A DNA stretch of 64,000 nt from Bdellovibrionales bacterium (GCA_965262715.1 OZ253553.1:608001-672000), one strand, 5' to 3'; shown: positions 39,420 through 50,747, counted from the stretch's first letter. Translations and numbers: made by a program. Notes: a model not told the origin generated them from the sequence alone.

Positions 39420-42400
39420 TCATACTTTATCATAAATCATAACGTCTTTCTCTAAAAGGTAAATAGCAACAAGTTTCTTTTTCTGTTTGTATTTTTCTGC
39501 TAATGCCTGAGAATAAAGCTGTAGCTGTTTAACTACTCTCTTATCACTTAATTTGCGACCTGTTTTGTAATCTATCACCCAAATGGTATCATCAATCTTT
39601 GCCCAAAGATCAATTTTACCTTCAATCATTTCTTCTCCCTTTTGATGTAAAAAGGGCCATTCTGCATATCCATTCATTAGAATATCTTTCATAGGAGGTT
39701 CTTTCAAAGATAACAAAAAATCTAATGATTGAATAATTTGCTCTTTTTTATCTTCTTGAAAAACATAAGAGAAATATTTGCTGATGATGTCCTTTGCTGG
39801 TTTTTCTATAAGATAAGGGTTGGAGCAAATGGCTTGTAAAACTTTATGGTAAGAAGTTCCTAGATCTGTTTTTATAACACTTTGTAAAAGATTATATTGT
39901 TGTTGACTTTTTATATCTTGTTGACTTTCTATAAGAGTCCTTTCTAACAAGTCACTTACACTCACACGTTTTATATGAGGCTTTTGATAAAGCTGTAGTC
40001 TTCCTTTGATTTGAGGTGGTAATACTTCTTGATGGGTTTTTAATTGGGGAATATTTCTATCAAAGTCTTTTACTTCATAATTGTAATTTGTTTTATTTTG
40101 CTTTCCTTTTTCTTTTATCCATAGATGACAAGCACTTCGACTTTGCCAATTTGTACTTTTGTTTTCAAAGTTATTATTAGAGCAAAAAAGGTGAACGGAC
40201 TTTTTAGCTCTTGTCATAGCCACATACAATAATCTATCTAACTCTTCTTTTTCTTTTTGTTTTATTTTATTGCTTGCTAAATCGCCTATGAAACAGTGTT
40301 TTTTAGAACCTTCTTCAAATTTAAGAGAAGTTTCCCATAGGTGATGATTTTCTTTTTCTAAAATATAGAAATTTTTTGTTTGAAATTTAAAGTCATTATT
40401 TAAGTGAGGGATCAAAACATGTTGAAACTCCAATCCCTTTGATTTGTGCACTGTCATAAGCTGTAATTGATTGACTTCTAAAGAAGGAGGGCTATCTGGC
40501 TCTAAATCACTAGGATCAATAATATCTGAAGCAAATTTGAGATAATTAAAATCAGGCTTTTGCTCTTCATTTTGTAATTTAGCAAAGTATTTCCATACAT
40601 AGGCTTCTAAGTTTCCAGAAGGATCATAAACTTTGCAAAAGTCAATCATTCCCATTTCTATACACGCTTTTTTAAGAGTTTCTGTTACTCCCATTTGATA
40701 CACATTTAAAAAAAGGCCTTTTAATTTTGTTTTCACCTCATGAAATGAATCTTCTTGAAAAGATAATAACTCTTGCCATAAAGAGTTTGGTTGGTTTTTC
40801 TGACTTTGTCTTACGAGTTGATAAAGATTTGATTTTGAAAATCCTAACCATGAAGAGCCTATAAGTTCTATAAAGTTAATATTGTCGTAAGGATTAAGTA
40901 AAAACTTTAGAAGCGCATTGAGCTGTCTTATTTGCTGAACAGGAGCTTTTTTTGCTGTAAATAATTGGTAAGGAATGTTTTTTTGACCTAATTTATAGGC
41001 TATGCGAGATAAGTCATCATTTGTTCTACCTATAATACAGATATCAGAGTAAAATGCTCCTTTATTTAATAAACTGATGACTTCTGCAATCACAGCATTA
41101 TCATGACTTTCATTTTTATCAAATAGATTATCATTTGAAATATCATCTTTCTGTGACTCTTGATAACAAATAAATGTAGCTACAGGATCAGAGGTTATAT
41201 TTGAATCTTTTGGAGCCATTTTAAATGGAGCCATTTCTAAAAACTCTTGATCCATATTTCTAAAAAAGTCATTAAAAAAATGTACTAAAGAGGAAGAAGC
41301 TCTGTAATTGGTATTTAAAAGCCGGATATCTTTTATAGCAGCTTGTTTACTTTTAAAAACCTCTGGCCTAGCTCCTCGAAAAAAATAAATACTTTGTTGA
41401 GGATCTCCTACAATAAACTCTTTAGAAGAGCCTCTAAATTTATTTAAAACCTCTGCTTGAAGAGGAGTGGTATCTTGATATTCATCAACAAGCCAATAAT
41501 CCCATTCGTCAGAAAAAGATTTTATAATTTGAGGTTTATCTCTTAATATCTTTATAGTTTTAAATTCTAAATCACGGATAGACATCAATCCTTCATCATT
41601 TTTAATCTTTTCAAAATCTTGAATAAACTTTATGGCAAATTCATCAAACAGTGAGAAATAATTAGCAAATTCATTTAGGTAATCTATTTGATAGAAGTGT
41701 TTATTTTTAAAAAACCCCTTACATTCTTTTACATCTTCATTAAACTGTTCTTTTAGTTCTTTTTTAAGCTTGATTTTATCGATATTTATTTTTTCAAATG
41801 CGTTTAAAAGTTCTTTGTAAAGATTGGATATGTTATTTTCTTTATTTAAAGACTGAAAACAACTTTCGATATGAGTTACTTCTTTTTTTATGATGTCATT
41901 TTCTATTTGGTTTAAAATGTCCCAATAACTTTTTATTTTGTTAACACTCATATTCATAAGATCTTTAAAAGAGGTTGGTTGTAATTTTTTAACATTGTAG
42001 AAAGATGACCTGTATTCAAAGCAAAGTTCTTGTAGGCTTTCAAATGTATTGTGATCAAATAGTTTTTGAAATTCAGGGGTTTCTTTTAATAGCTTTTTGG
42101 TCACAATAGAAGCATATTGTTCATTTGTAGCTTCATCTATCATTTGAAAATGCGGGTCATGCCCGGCATCAAAGGCGCATTGCTTTAAAAAATGAGATAG
42201 AAGTCCATCTATAGTGGAAATATGTATTTGATTTGAAAAAAGAAAGTCCTCTAGAAAAGATTTGTCTTCAGTATTTGTTTTTTCATTTATGTTTTTAAGA
42301 GCATGAGAAGTTAGCCTTTCTTTAAGCTCTTGTGTAGCTTTTCTTGTAAATGTGGTCACAACCATCTTTGGCCACTTTTGATGCTCTTGATAAAATGTTA

Positions 42401-42518
42401 TAGCGTAACTGTAAATCTGTTGAATCAAGCTAGTGGTTTTACCTGCTCCAGCTCCTGCCTTGTACAAAGTAGATTGAGTGATAATAGAAGGGTCTATATG
42501 AGATGAGGGGCTTTGCAT
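39420..42518 (-). CDS. addA: AddA-like UvrD helicase-nuclease
   Basis: AGAGAGKT, TFTRKAT.EL, VDEYQDT, VGDPQQSIYFFRGA, TVHKSKGLEF, YVAMTRAK, GKIDL...IDYKTG; GGAGG RBS favours ATG 42518. Confidence 0.9.
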   Translation of the reverse strand: MQSPSSHIDPSIITQSTLYKAGAGAGKTTSLIQQIYSYAITFYQEHQKWPKMVVTTFTRKATQELKERLTSHALKNINEKTNTEDKSFLEDFLFSNQIHISTIDGLLSHFLKQCAFDAGHDPHFQMIDEATNEQYASIVTKKLLKETPEFQKLFDHNTFESLQELCFEYRSSFYNVKKLQPTSFKDLMNMSVNKIKSYWDILNQIENDIIKKEVTHIESCFQSLNKENNISNLYKELLNAFEKINIDKIKLKKELKEQFNEDVKECKGFFKNKHFYQIDYLNEFANYFSLFDEFAIKFIQDFEKIKNDEGLMSIRDLEFKTIKILRDKPQIIKSFSDEWDYWLVDEYQDTTPLQAEVLNKFRGSSKEFIVGDPQQSIYFFRGARPEVFKSKQAAIKDIRLLNTNYRASSSLVHFFNDFFRNMDQEFLEMAPFKMAPKDSNITSDPVATFICYQESQKDDISNDNLFDKNESHDNAVIAEVISLLNKGAFYSDICIIGRTNDDLSRIAYKLGQKNIPYQLFTAKKAPVQQIRQLNALLKFLLNPYDNINFIELIGSSWLGFSKSNLYQLVRQSQKNQPNSLWQELLSFQEDSFHEVKTKLKGLFLNVYQMGVTETLKKACIEMGMIDFCKVYDPSGNLEAYVWKYFAKLQNEEQKPDFNYLKFASDIIDPSDLEPDSPPSLEVNQLQLMTVHKSKGLEFQHVLIPHLNNDFKFQTKNFYILEKENHHLWETSLKFEEGSKKHCFIGDLASNKIKQKEKEELDRLLYVAMTRAKKSVHLFCSNNNFENKSTNWQSRSACHLWIKEKGKQNKTNYNYEVKDFDRNIPQLKTHQEVLPPQIKGRLQLYQKPHIKRVSVSDLLERTLIESQQDIKSQQQYNLLQSVIKTDLGTSYHKVLQAICSNPYLIEKPAKDIISKYFSYVFQEDKKEQIIQSLDFLLSLKEPPMKDILMNGYAEWPFLHQKGEEMIEGKIDLWAKIDDTIWVIDYKTGRKLSDKRVVKQLQLYSQALAEKYKQKKKLVAIYLLEKDVMIYDKV

Positions 42519-45247
42519 ATATTCCTCCATTGGCATGTTTGACATAGGCTTTTATCTCTAGGACGAGGGAAAAAGTCTCCTTGCAAAATTAAAGATATGA
42601 TCTGTCCTATTTCTTTTTGAATATCTTGAAAAAAATCTTTTTGCTGATTCTTATTCATTTTATGAGAAGAACGATTATTAACATTATGGGCAGATCCATT
42701 ATATTCTTCTAATAAGAAACCCTTATCTCTTCTCATTTCTTTAATAGCAAAATAAACAGCAGAAGCCACATCTCCAGAAATACCTTCAAGACAGTTGTTT
42801 TTAATCATAAGAGCATAAAGCCCTAATTGAAGTTCACTATTTTTTAACCAAGTTTTGTAATTTGTCTTCTTATAAAATGAAGCTTTATAATCAATAATAG
42901 AAAAGGTATTATCTGCTACCTTATCCATGCGATCTAATCTTCCTCTAATAAGAACGGCTCCTTCAAATGGCTGAGGGGATATTTGGCCTTTAGAATCTAT
43001 ATAAGCTTGAATTTTAGATTCTCTTAAGAGAGTTTGAGTTTGTGGGAACTTTTTTCTCCAATCTTTTTCAAACTGAAGAAACTCTTGAAGTTTTTTTACT
43101 TGTGCTTTCTTAAAGGAAGTTTTAAATGCCGTTTCACCAAGTGATATCTTCTCTTTTACCAAATGGTCTTCTATAAGATCATCCAACTGCTGATCTGTCC
43201 AATCTGGACAGAAAGGTTCTTCAGTTAATGCAGCTAAAAGAGCATGCGTTAAACTGCCCTGAGTTAATGGGTTCATATCTATATCTAAAGTGACTGGACT
43301 TTTAACTTTTAAAATATCTTCCATATAGAAAACAAAAGGACATTTATGATAACGCTCTAAACTTCCTACAGATAAGGAAGAAGGAGTATAGGTTAAAGTT
43401 TCAGAATATCCTTTATCAGTATGGGTTTTATCTTGAAGTATGTTTTTTAAAATAGGGTTTATGTCTTGCTGCTGAATTTGATCTGATGTGAGTAAGGTAT
43501 TTGCTATTTTAAGATTTTGCAATTGCAATTGATCAACTTGAGTTGCATAAGGCCTTTGTGAAAAATTTGCTTCTTTTTGATAATTGTGCCATGAATGGTT
43601 AAGCCACAGAATGGATGGAGTTAAAACCTCTCCTATAAGGTTTGTTTCTGGAAAACTTATCACTTTATCTATTGATGGGTTTGAAATGATCCAATCGACA
43701 TAAAATTCTGAAGGAGATTTTTCTACAGGTTCTAAAAAAAAGCCTAATTGGTCATTGATGGATGAGATATCTAAGTTATTTAATAGTGAATATCTTTCAC
43801 CTTTTAACTCTTGTTCTGAAAGTCCCATCAGATAGACTTTTTTAGCAGATAAATAATTTGCAGTAGAAAAGTCAGAAAGGTAAATGCCCTCATAAGATTG
43901 AGGTGATTTTATATTTGTTGTTGATACGATGGATTCTAAAATCTCAAGCCAATAAGAGGCTTTAAGTGAAGATAGTCTTTTCGTATTTCTTATAAAAGCA
44001 TTTAAAATTTGGTGAACTTCTTCTATGGAGTTTTCGGTTTTATCCCAAAGCTGGCAAGCATATTTTAAAAACTCAAAAGCAGTTAGTTTTGTATCTTTTG
44101 AAATGCTTTCATTTTTAATAAAATTATTATAGACAATCTCAGATCTTTTGTAATCTTCAGGATCTAAGATTTGGCGGTAGAGATGGTGAAATTCTGTATA
44201 AATCATATTCTGAGTATTTTGATCACCAAAGACAGCTAACTCTAGGGCATAAGGTTGCACGTTGGACTTTAATTGCAGTTGAACTTTTGAGATCCATTGT
44301 GCGATGTTGGGTAGACTATGAGCTTCAGTGATAAAAGATTGGTTGTAGGGTATATTTTCAAATTCCAAATATGTCTTTAAAGCAGGTAGATAAGTTTTTA
44401 TAGAAGGGGCAGATATAACAATTTGATTTGGGTCTATACCCTGATCAATCCATTGACGGGTAGTGTCTACAGCATCTTTTATTTCAGTTAACATAGAGGT
44501 AAAGCGTTTGCTTATAATATTTTTTTTAGAAAGATTATGAGTGTCCATTAAAGGAGATATTGAGTTTTGATGATTGTAAGCAAAAAACTCATTAGGATAC
44601 TTTTGAAACCAAGAAGGGTTAGGGTGAAGGATCATAATATGATTATTTTTTGCTAGTTTTTCGAATATTTCCATTTCAGATGTCAGAAGATCGCATCCCA
44701 TATCCACCACAATTGTTTTCTGATGGATAGGAAGATCTTTATGAACAAGTAAGATTGGAATCCATGAAGGGATCACAAATTGGTTTTTAAGTTTTTTCCA
44801 AATTTTCATGGCTTCTAATAAATGTCTTCCCCATTTTTTTTTGATAGTGGTATTTTTTTGTATCAACTCAGAGAGGAGTTCTGGTCCTTCAATATGAGAA
44901 AAAATAGGTAGTAAATGTGATAAGAGCTTGAAGACAGTATGAGCAGAGCCTGAGAAATGATATTGCTTTTCTTGATGGGTTTTAAGTTCATTTTTGATAA
45001 AAGCTTGAATAATGTTTTCAGAGACAATTTGAATTTCTGGATAGCAAGAAAGCAATATTTCTTCTTGAAATTCTATCATTGTTTTAAAGGGATCTCCTAT
45101 CAAGTTTTTTTGAGAATTTATATAAAAATTTTGAAGATCGTGTTTGGTATAGAGATGAGGGACAATCCAAAGCCCTGACTCTATATCAAAGTTTTTAAGT
45201 AAGGCGATTTTCTCATTTGAGGTTTCGATTTTTTTAAATTCCAACAT
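42494..45247 (-). CDS. addB: AddB-like PD-(D/E)XK nuclease subunit with Fe-S staple cysteines
   Basis: SLERYHKCPF, GRLDRMD, IIDYK, CQTCQWRNIC; directly upstream of addA. Confidence 0.88.
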   Translation of the reverse strand: MLEFKKIETSNEKIALLKNFDIESGLWIVPHLYTKHDLQNFYINSQKNLIGDPFKTMIEFQEEILLSCYPEIQIVSENIIQAFIKNELKTHQEKQYHFSGSAHTVFKLLSHLLPIFSHIEGPELLSELIQKNTTIKKKWGRHLLEAMKIWKKLKNQFVIPSWIPILLVHKDLPIHQKTIVVDMGCDLLTSEMEIFEKLAKNNHIMILHPNPSWFQKYPNEFFAYNHQNSISPLMDTHNLSKKNIISKRFTSMLTEIKDAVDTTRQWIDQGIDPNQIVISAPSIKTYLPALKTYLEFENIPYNQSFITEAHSLPNIAQWISKVQLQLKSNVQPYALELAVFGDQNTQNMIYTEFHHLYRQILDPEDYKRSEIVYNNFIKNESISKDTKLTAFEFLKYACQLWDKTENSIEEVHQILNAFIRNTKRLSSLKASYWLEILESIVSTTNIKSPQSYEGIYLSDFSTANYLSAKKVYLMGLSEQELKGERYSLLNNLDISSINDQLGFFLEPVEKSPSEFYVDWIISNPSIDKVISFPETNLIGEVLTPSILWLNHSWHNYQKEANFSQRPYATQVDQLQLQNLKIANTLLTSDQIQQQDINPILKNILQDKTHTDKGYSETLTYTPSSLSVGSLERYHKCPFVFYMEDILKVKSPVTLDIDMNPLTQGSLTHALLAALTEEPFCPDWTDQQLDDLIEDHLVKEKISLGETAFKTSFKKAQVKKLQEFLQFEKDWRKKFPQTQTLLRESKIQAYIDSKGQISPQPFEGAVLIRGRLDRMDKVADNTFSIIDYKASFYKKTNYKTWLKNSELQLGLYALMIKNNCLEGISGDVASAVYFAIKEMRRDKGFLLEEYNGSAHNVNNRSSHKMNKNQQKDFFQDIQKEIGQIISLILQGDFFPRPRDKSLCQTCQWRNICKAPHLI

Positions 45248-45659
45248 ATTATTATTTATCCGATCTTTTTTAATTTTTATATTAATTTATCTTATTAACT
45301 ATATAGGATTTAGTTAAGTGGCAACATAGAAATTGAGTAACCAAGGCGAAAAGTTTATTTATAACTTATTTTGGATATCTTAATCTGTTTAGAAATTGAG
45401 TAGTCACCTCCCAGTTTCCAAGACCAGCTTGCTAGAAACCGGTTTCCCGGAATGCCCAGACACCTGATAAATAAAGAGTTTTTAATTAACGGTGTGAGCC
45501 ATTAGGTTGGTTTATTTTGAGTAGAGGCAATGAAGATCATGTCATTTTTATAATTCAGTATGTAACGCTTCGAAAGGCTCTTGTTTTTGTCTGTCATTTA
45601 TGTCAACTTGATTTAAATATATCTTATTGAAAAATAGAATAAAAATAGGGAATGGCGAA

Positions 45660-46646
45660 ATGAGGACATTAGTTTTATTTTTATTGATAATGATGTTAAA
45701 TGTTTATGCAAATGCCGATATTTGTGATCCTAATTGGCTTGCAGATGTTAATGGTTATCGTGTAAGAAATTTTATTAATATTAATGCTGGAATAGATATT
45801 AATAAGGCTTGTGACCTTGAAGGTAATCGTCCTTTGCATCGGGCGATATTGAGAGATGAAGTTGATCCGAGTGTGATTGAGGCTTTGCTTGATGCGGGTG
45901 CTGATGCTTATGCTGAAAATATTGGGAGAAGTACCCCTATGAACTATGCAGAAGATCGGTTTGGAAGAGCGATGGTAGGATTCCAGCAAGGTAGTAGTGC
46001 ATATCAGAGGGAAGAGGCAATTTATAATGCTATGATGGGGATGAGTTCATTGAGTGATACATTCAATGCTATAATGGATGCAGACAGTGATACATTCAAT
46101 GCTATAACGGATGCATACAGTAAGCTTTGTGATTTTGGTTGGTGGAGAGGTTTTAGCAGTGATCATGCGGTTCAATCACTTTTAAGTGTACCGGGAGTGG
46201 ATCCTAATCATATCTGCAATTCAAATAATGATCGTCCAATCCATTTGTCATTAAAGGTGCCTGGTGTTAGGATATTAAATGAGGTTTATTTTGGAATACA
46301 AGCTTTTATTGATGCAGGTGCCGATCTTGATGTTAGAAACGATGATGGTCATTCAGCTTTGGACCTTGCAGAGATAAGGTATAATGAAGTCGCAGATAGC
46401 ATAATTCAACATCAGATAGGTTGGTGTAGAGGTGAGGTAAACGCTAATCAATTTGGATATGAGGTTAGACAGACTGAATATGAGATAAATGTTTATGCTT
46501 ATATTAAAGCATCGGTTACAGAGCAAACTTTCTCTAGAGTGCAAGATGATTTGTTAGTAGAACTTTATAGATCTAGTCTTGAAGCTGGAAGATTAAGAAT
46601 AGATAAAGATATAATATGTCCTTATAGAGGGATTGATGTACAGTAA
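45660..46646 (+). CDS. Secreted Cys-containing ankyrin-like protein, paralog 1
   Basis: Signal peptide MRTLVLFLL; NRPLHRA...LLDAGAD, GHSALDLA; start moved from 45627 by paralog alignment. Confidence 0.8.
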   Translation: MRTLVLFLLIMMLNVYANADICDPNWLADVNGYRVRNFININAGIDINKACDLEGNRPLHRAILRDEVDPSVIEALLDAGADAYAENIGRSTPMNYAEDRFGRAMVGFQQGSSAYQREEAIYNAMMGMSSLSDTFNAIMDADSDTFNAITDAYSKLCDFGWWRGFSSDHAVQSLLSVPGVDPNHICNSNNDRPIHLSLKVPGVRILNEVYFGIQAFIDAGADLDVRNDDGHSALDLAEIRYNEVADSIIQHQIGWCRGEVNANQFGYEVRQTEYEINVYAYIKASVTEQTFSRVQDDLLVELYRSSLEAGRLRIDKDIICPYRGIDVQ

Positions 46647-46696
46647 TTATCTTTGTAATATTCATTAATAGTGTCAGAAGAAGATATATAATTTAC

Positions 46697-46960
46697 TTTC
46701 CGGGATCTGGCAGTCAGGCATGACCATTCAAGTTCAATTTTTTTATTTGCAAGCATTATATATAAATTCAAAAGAGATAAGTGGTGGCAAAAGCTAATGA
46801 TAGAAATGGGCAGAGGCTCGCCTCACGAGTCTGGCCTCAGGGCAATGATTTTGGATTTAAGAAAGAAATTGAAGGTCCAGCTCAATCTGGCAGTCAGTTT
46901 CCGGCATCTGTTTGCCGGTTTGCCAGACTGCCGGTCTTCCGGAGACGATATCCCGGATAG
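46697..46960. repeat. REP-like arms enclosing a ~165-bp conserved non-coding insert
   Basis: Insert 46719-46885 is a near-identical inverted copy of 56436-56588. Confidence 0.85.
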
Positions 46961-47027
46961 GTGAAGGTTCTTAAATAAGAAAGAATACTTAGTGTTACTT
47001 TTATCTCAATATATGTACACATATTGT

Positions 47028-47240
47028 TTATTTTTTAATTTTATTGAGTTGCTCAATAGAAAGACCTGTCAATTCCGCGATGAGTTGTAATTCCATATTT
47101 TGCTGCAGCATACGCAATGCAACCTCTTCTCTACCTCTTTCTATGCCTTCTTCTCTACCTTCCTCTTTACCTTTCTCTATACCTTTCTCTATACCTTTCT
47201 CTATACCTTCATTAAATAATCTAGAAGCTGTACTTATCAT
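47028..47240 (-). CDS. Stand-alone copy of the Rpn C-terminal region (RpnS-like, 70 aa)
   Basis: Near-identical to the 3' end of 47549..48634; AAGGAGG RBS then ATG at 47240 (MISTASRLFNEG); duplicated DNA extends to about 47345. Confidence 0.7.
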   Translation of the reverse strand: MISTASRLFNEGIEKGIEKGIEKGKEEGREEGIERGREEVALRMLQQNMELQLIAELTGLSIEQLNKIKK

Positions 47241-47548
47241 AACTTGATCCTCCTTATTTGTAATAACTTCTTGTTCAAGTCTATCAAAAACTGACCTCTC
47301 ATAATCCGTGCTTTGTAGCATATATCTACCTAAAACACTAGCATAAAGCGTTATCTATATCTTCTTAAATAAACTGTAAAACTATATGTCCAGAATGGAC
47401 TTCCCTGTTTCCGGCTCCCGGCGTCCGGTTCCCGGGATCCCGGTTTCCCGGTGGCCGGATCCCGGATAGGTAAAGGTTCTTAAATAAGAAAGAATACTTA
47501 GTGTATAAAATAAAAAGTATTACTTCTATCTCAGTATATACATATTGT

Positions 47549-48634
47549 TTATTTTTTAATTTTATTGAGTTGCTCAATAGAAAGACCTGTCAATTCCGCG
47601 ATGAGTTGTAATTCCATATTTTGCTGCAGCATACGCAATGCAACCTCTTCTCTACCTTTTTCTATACCTTCTTCTTTACCTTTCTCTATACCTTTCTCTA
47701 TACCTTTCTCTATACCTTTCTCTATACCTTTCTCTATACCTTTCTCTATACCTTTCTCTATACCTTTCTCTATACCTTTCTCTATACCTTTCTCTATACC
47801 TTTCTCTATACCTTTCTCTATACCTTCATTAAATAATCTAGAAGCTGTACTTATCATAACTTGATCCTCCTTATTTGTAATAACTTCTTGTTCAAGTCTA
47901 TCAAACACTGATCTCTCATAATCCGTGCTTTGTAGCATATATCTACCTAAAACACTAGCATATTCACGGTAGCCTGAGGAATCTTTACTATCCCTCTTGC
48001 ATAGCTCAAATACTGACTTAATATGATTCTTTGTCATATCTGATGCTACTTTTAATGTGTAGCATAAAGCTGAAGCAGTACCTGCCCTACTTTTTATATC
48101 CTCCTCAGACTCTTTCCTTAAATCTACCACATCTGGACTAAAATTTAAAGCAGATGCTCCAAATACCTGTTTTACCTTTGATGTTAAATCAAAAGCTGTT
48201 TGCAAATCCGAAGATATATGAATTGGAGCCTGTCTATGAAGTAACAAAACTGTCATAATAGGATAAATTCTCATCTCTAAAAGTGCTAGACTATATCTTA
48301 AAGCTTGAAGAAAAAGTTTCTCATTAGAGACTTTATGACTCTTATGCTCTACAATAATAGCTATTAAAGCATCAGTATGAAAGTTCTTAAGACCTACTTT
48401 AGCGATCACATCTGCATGACGCATTCGAAATTTTCCACTAATTTCTTTTTGCAGCACCTCTGTATCAATAAATTCTAATTGATTGAAGTCAATAGATTTA
48501 AACTTCTTAGAACTTAATCCAAATTTTAAAAAGCTTTTAAACCTTGTTTTATCTTTAAGACCCCATTTAGCAATTTGATCATGCTCTACTTGCAAAGATT
48601 TTATCGAATTCCTTTTAGTTTTGTTAAATGTCAT
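47549..48634 (-). CDS. Rpn family recombination-promoting nuclease / PD-(D/E)XK putative transposase
   Basis: HDQIAK, HADVI...IIVEHKS, QALRY, (IEKG)12 repeat and IAELTGLS HTH-like tail. Confidence 0.88.
   Translation of the reverse strand: MTFNKTKRNSIKSLQVEHDQIAKWGLKDKTRFKSFLKFGLSSKKFKSIDFNQLEFIDTEVLQKEISGKFRMRHADVIAKVGLKNFHTDALIAIIVEHKSHKVSNEKLFLQALRYSLALLEMRIYPIMTVLLLHRQAPIHISSDLQTAFDLTSKVKQVFGASALNFSPDVVDLRKESEEDIKSRAGTASALCYTLKVASDMTKNHIKSVFELCKRDSKDSSGYREYASVLGRYMLQSTDYERSVFDRLEQEVITNKEDQVMISTASRLFNEGIEKGIEKGIEKGIEKGIEKGIEKGIEKGIEKGIEKGIEKGIEKGIEKGKEEGIEKGREEVALRMLQQNMELQLIAELTGLSIEQLNKIKK
47678..47826. repeat. 12-bp tandem repeat x12 encoding (IEKG)n
   Basis: (TATACCTTTCTC)n read directly. 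Confidence 0.95.
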
Positions 48635-48688
48635 AAATATCCCTCCTTCATATCTATCTTAAAGAGAACAATTCTGTATGTAGATACA

Positions 48689-48704
48689 AGCAAAACAGAT
48701 GCCA
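48689..48704 (-). promoter_or_regulatory. Sigma-54 -24/-12 promoter of the Rpn gene
   Basis: Minus strand TGGCATCTGTTTTGCT, about 55 nt upstream of ATG 48634. Confidence 0.65.
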
Positions 48705-49048
48705 AAGTTTTGCTTAAATAAACGCAAATAAAAAGGGTTTAAGACTTTGAAATCTAAGTTTTGTCCGGATATCCGGATTCGAATCCGGATTTTAAGCATT
48801 TTTTATCTATGCCCCTTGCTTGTACCGTCCTCAGTTTCTGGAATCTGGTTCTCGAGATCCCAGATAAATAAAGAATTGTTTAATTAACATTGTGAGCCAT
48901 AAGCTTGATTTATTTTGAATATAGATAATGAAGATCATGTTTTAATATATAATGCTCCCAAAAGCCCTTGTTTTTATCTGTTCTTTATGTCAATTTTCTT
49001 AGAGATATATCTTACTTAAAAGATAGAGTAAGAGTGGGGAGTGATCAG

Positions 49049-49999
49049 ATGAAGATATTAGGCTTATTTCTATCGATAATGGTCGTCAGTGTTTTTGCAG
49101 ATGCTGATATTTGTGATTCTAATTGGCTTATCAGTGTTAATGGTTATCGTGTAAGAGCTTTTATTAATATGAATGCTGGAATAGATATTGATGAGGCTTG
49201 TGGCCCTAAGGGTAATCGTCCTTTACATCAGGCAATACTGATTGATGGAATTGATCCTAGTGTGATTGAAGTGCTTATCAGTGAGGGTGCTGATGCTTAT
49301 GCTAAAAATATTGGGAAAAGTACCCCTATGGACTATGCAGAAGATCGGTTTGGAAGAGTGATGGTAGAATTTTCGCGAGGTAGTAGTGCATATCAGAGGG
49401 AAGAGGCAATTTATAATGCTATGATGGGGATGGGTTCATTGAGTGATACATTCAATGCTATAGCGAATATGTATAATAGTAGGCTTTGTAATTTCGTTTG
49501 GTGGGGAGAGTCTAGTAGTGACGATGCAGTTCAATTGCTTTTGGATATGCCGGGGATATATCCTGATTATATTTGCAATTCAAATAATGATCGCCCAATC
49601 CATTTGTCATTAAAGGTGACTGCTATTGAGTTACAATATGATACTCATCTTGGAGTACGAACTCTTATTGATGCAGGTGCCGATCTTGACGCTGAAAACA
49701 ATGATGGTCATTCAGCTTTGGACCTTGTAGAGATAAGATATAATAAAGTCACAAATAGCATGATTCAAAGTCAAGTAAGTTGGTGTAGGGGTGAGATAAG
49801 CGATAATGAATTCGGATATAAGATTAGACAGACTGGACATGAGATAGATGTTTATGTTCATATTAAATCGTTAGTTACAGAGCAAACTTTCGCTCAAGTA
49901 AAAGAAGATATATTAGTAGAACTTTATAGGCTTGATTTTAATCAAGGGATGATAAATAAAGATATATTATGTCCTTATAGAGGGGTTGATATACAATAA
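49049..49999 (+). CDS. Secreted Cys-containing ankyrin-like protein, paralog 2
   Basis: MKILGLFLSIM signal peptide with GGGGAG RBS; highly similar to paralog 1. Confidence 0.8.
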   Translation: MKILGLFLSIMVVSVFADADICDSNWLISVNGYRVRAFINMNAGIDIDEACGPKGNRPLHQAILIDGIDPSVIEVLISEGADAYAKNIGKSTPMDYAEDRFGRVMVEFSRGSSAYQREEAIYNAMMGMGSLSDTFNAIANMYNSRLCNFVWWGESSSDDAVQLLLDMPGIYPDYICNSNNDRPIHLSLKVTAIELQYDTHLGVRTLIDAGADLDAENNDGHSALDLVEIRYNKVTNSMIQSQVSWCRGEISDNEFGYKIRQTGHEIDVYVHIKSLVTEQTFAQVKEDILVELYRLDFNQGMINKDILCPYRGVDIQ

Positions 50000-50040
50000 A
50001 CTATCTTTGTGTATTTATATACTCTTAACACATCTTTATT

Positions 50041-50433
50041 TTCCGGGATCTGGCAGTCGGGCAACAGTTCCCGGGACCAGTTTCCCGGTTTGCCTGACTG
50101 CCGGTTTCCCGGTGGCCGGGTCCCGGATAGGTGAAGGTTCTTAAATAAGAAAGAATACTTAGTGTATAAAATAAAGAGTGTTATCTATTATATTTTCTTA
50201 AATAAATTGTAAAATTATATATATCCAGAATGGATTTCTTTATTTCCGGGATCCGGTTTCCGGCGTCCGGTTCCCGGGATACCGGATTTCCGGATGCCAG
50301 ATCCCAGATAAATAGAGATACTTTTAAATAAGAAGTGGACCGTAGTATCATTCCGGGAATCGGGCAATCTGGCAGTCGGGCAATCAGTTCCCGGCAACAG
50401 TTTCCGGTTTCCCGGAATTCCAGATCTCGGATA
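50041..50433. repeat. Cluster of three REP-like palindromic copies
   Basis: TTCCGGGATCTGGCAGTCGGGCAA...TTGCCTGACTGCCGG...CCCGGATA and two variants separated by AT-rich TTAAATAAGAA spacers. Confidence 0.8.
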
Positions 50434-50747
50434 ATATAGAGATACTTTTAAATAAGAAGAGTATCAAAGTGTTATTTATAGGGGTATTAAGATGTTCTTA
50501 TAACTTTTGTCTTATTGTTGATTTAACTTCACCTGATCTAGATCAAAAGCTTGTTTTAGGCTTTGTATATAGATATCAGAATTCATATTTACGCAAATTT
50601 TACACAAAGGCTTATAAAAACCATGTAATCTTTACAATTCGCTATGTAATGTTTTCAAAGCCTCTTGTTTTTATTTTTTGTTTATGTGAATATGTTTTAG
50701 GTAAATGTATCTTATTGAAACAAAAAACAAAAATAAAGGAGTGTCAG

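Noticed and set aside
47565..47864. Antisense and alternate-frame ORFs (PFSI)n, (YTFL)n, (LYLS)n, and 54668/54684 ORFs
   Set aside because: Shadows of the stop-free 12-bp and 24-bp tandem repeats in Rpn tails.
50469..50747. Long N-terminal extensions of the ankyrin-like ORFs (also 48968 and 45627 starts)
   Set aside because: Paralog alignment, RBS and signal peptides place the starts at 50748, 49049 and 45660.
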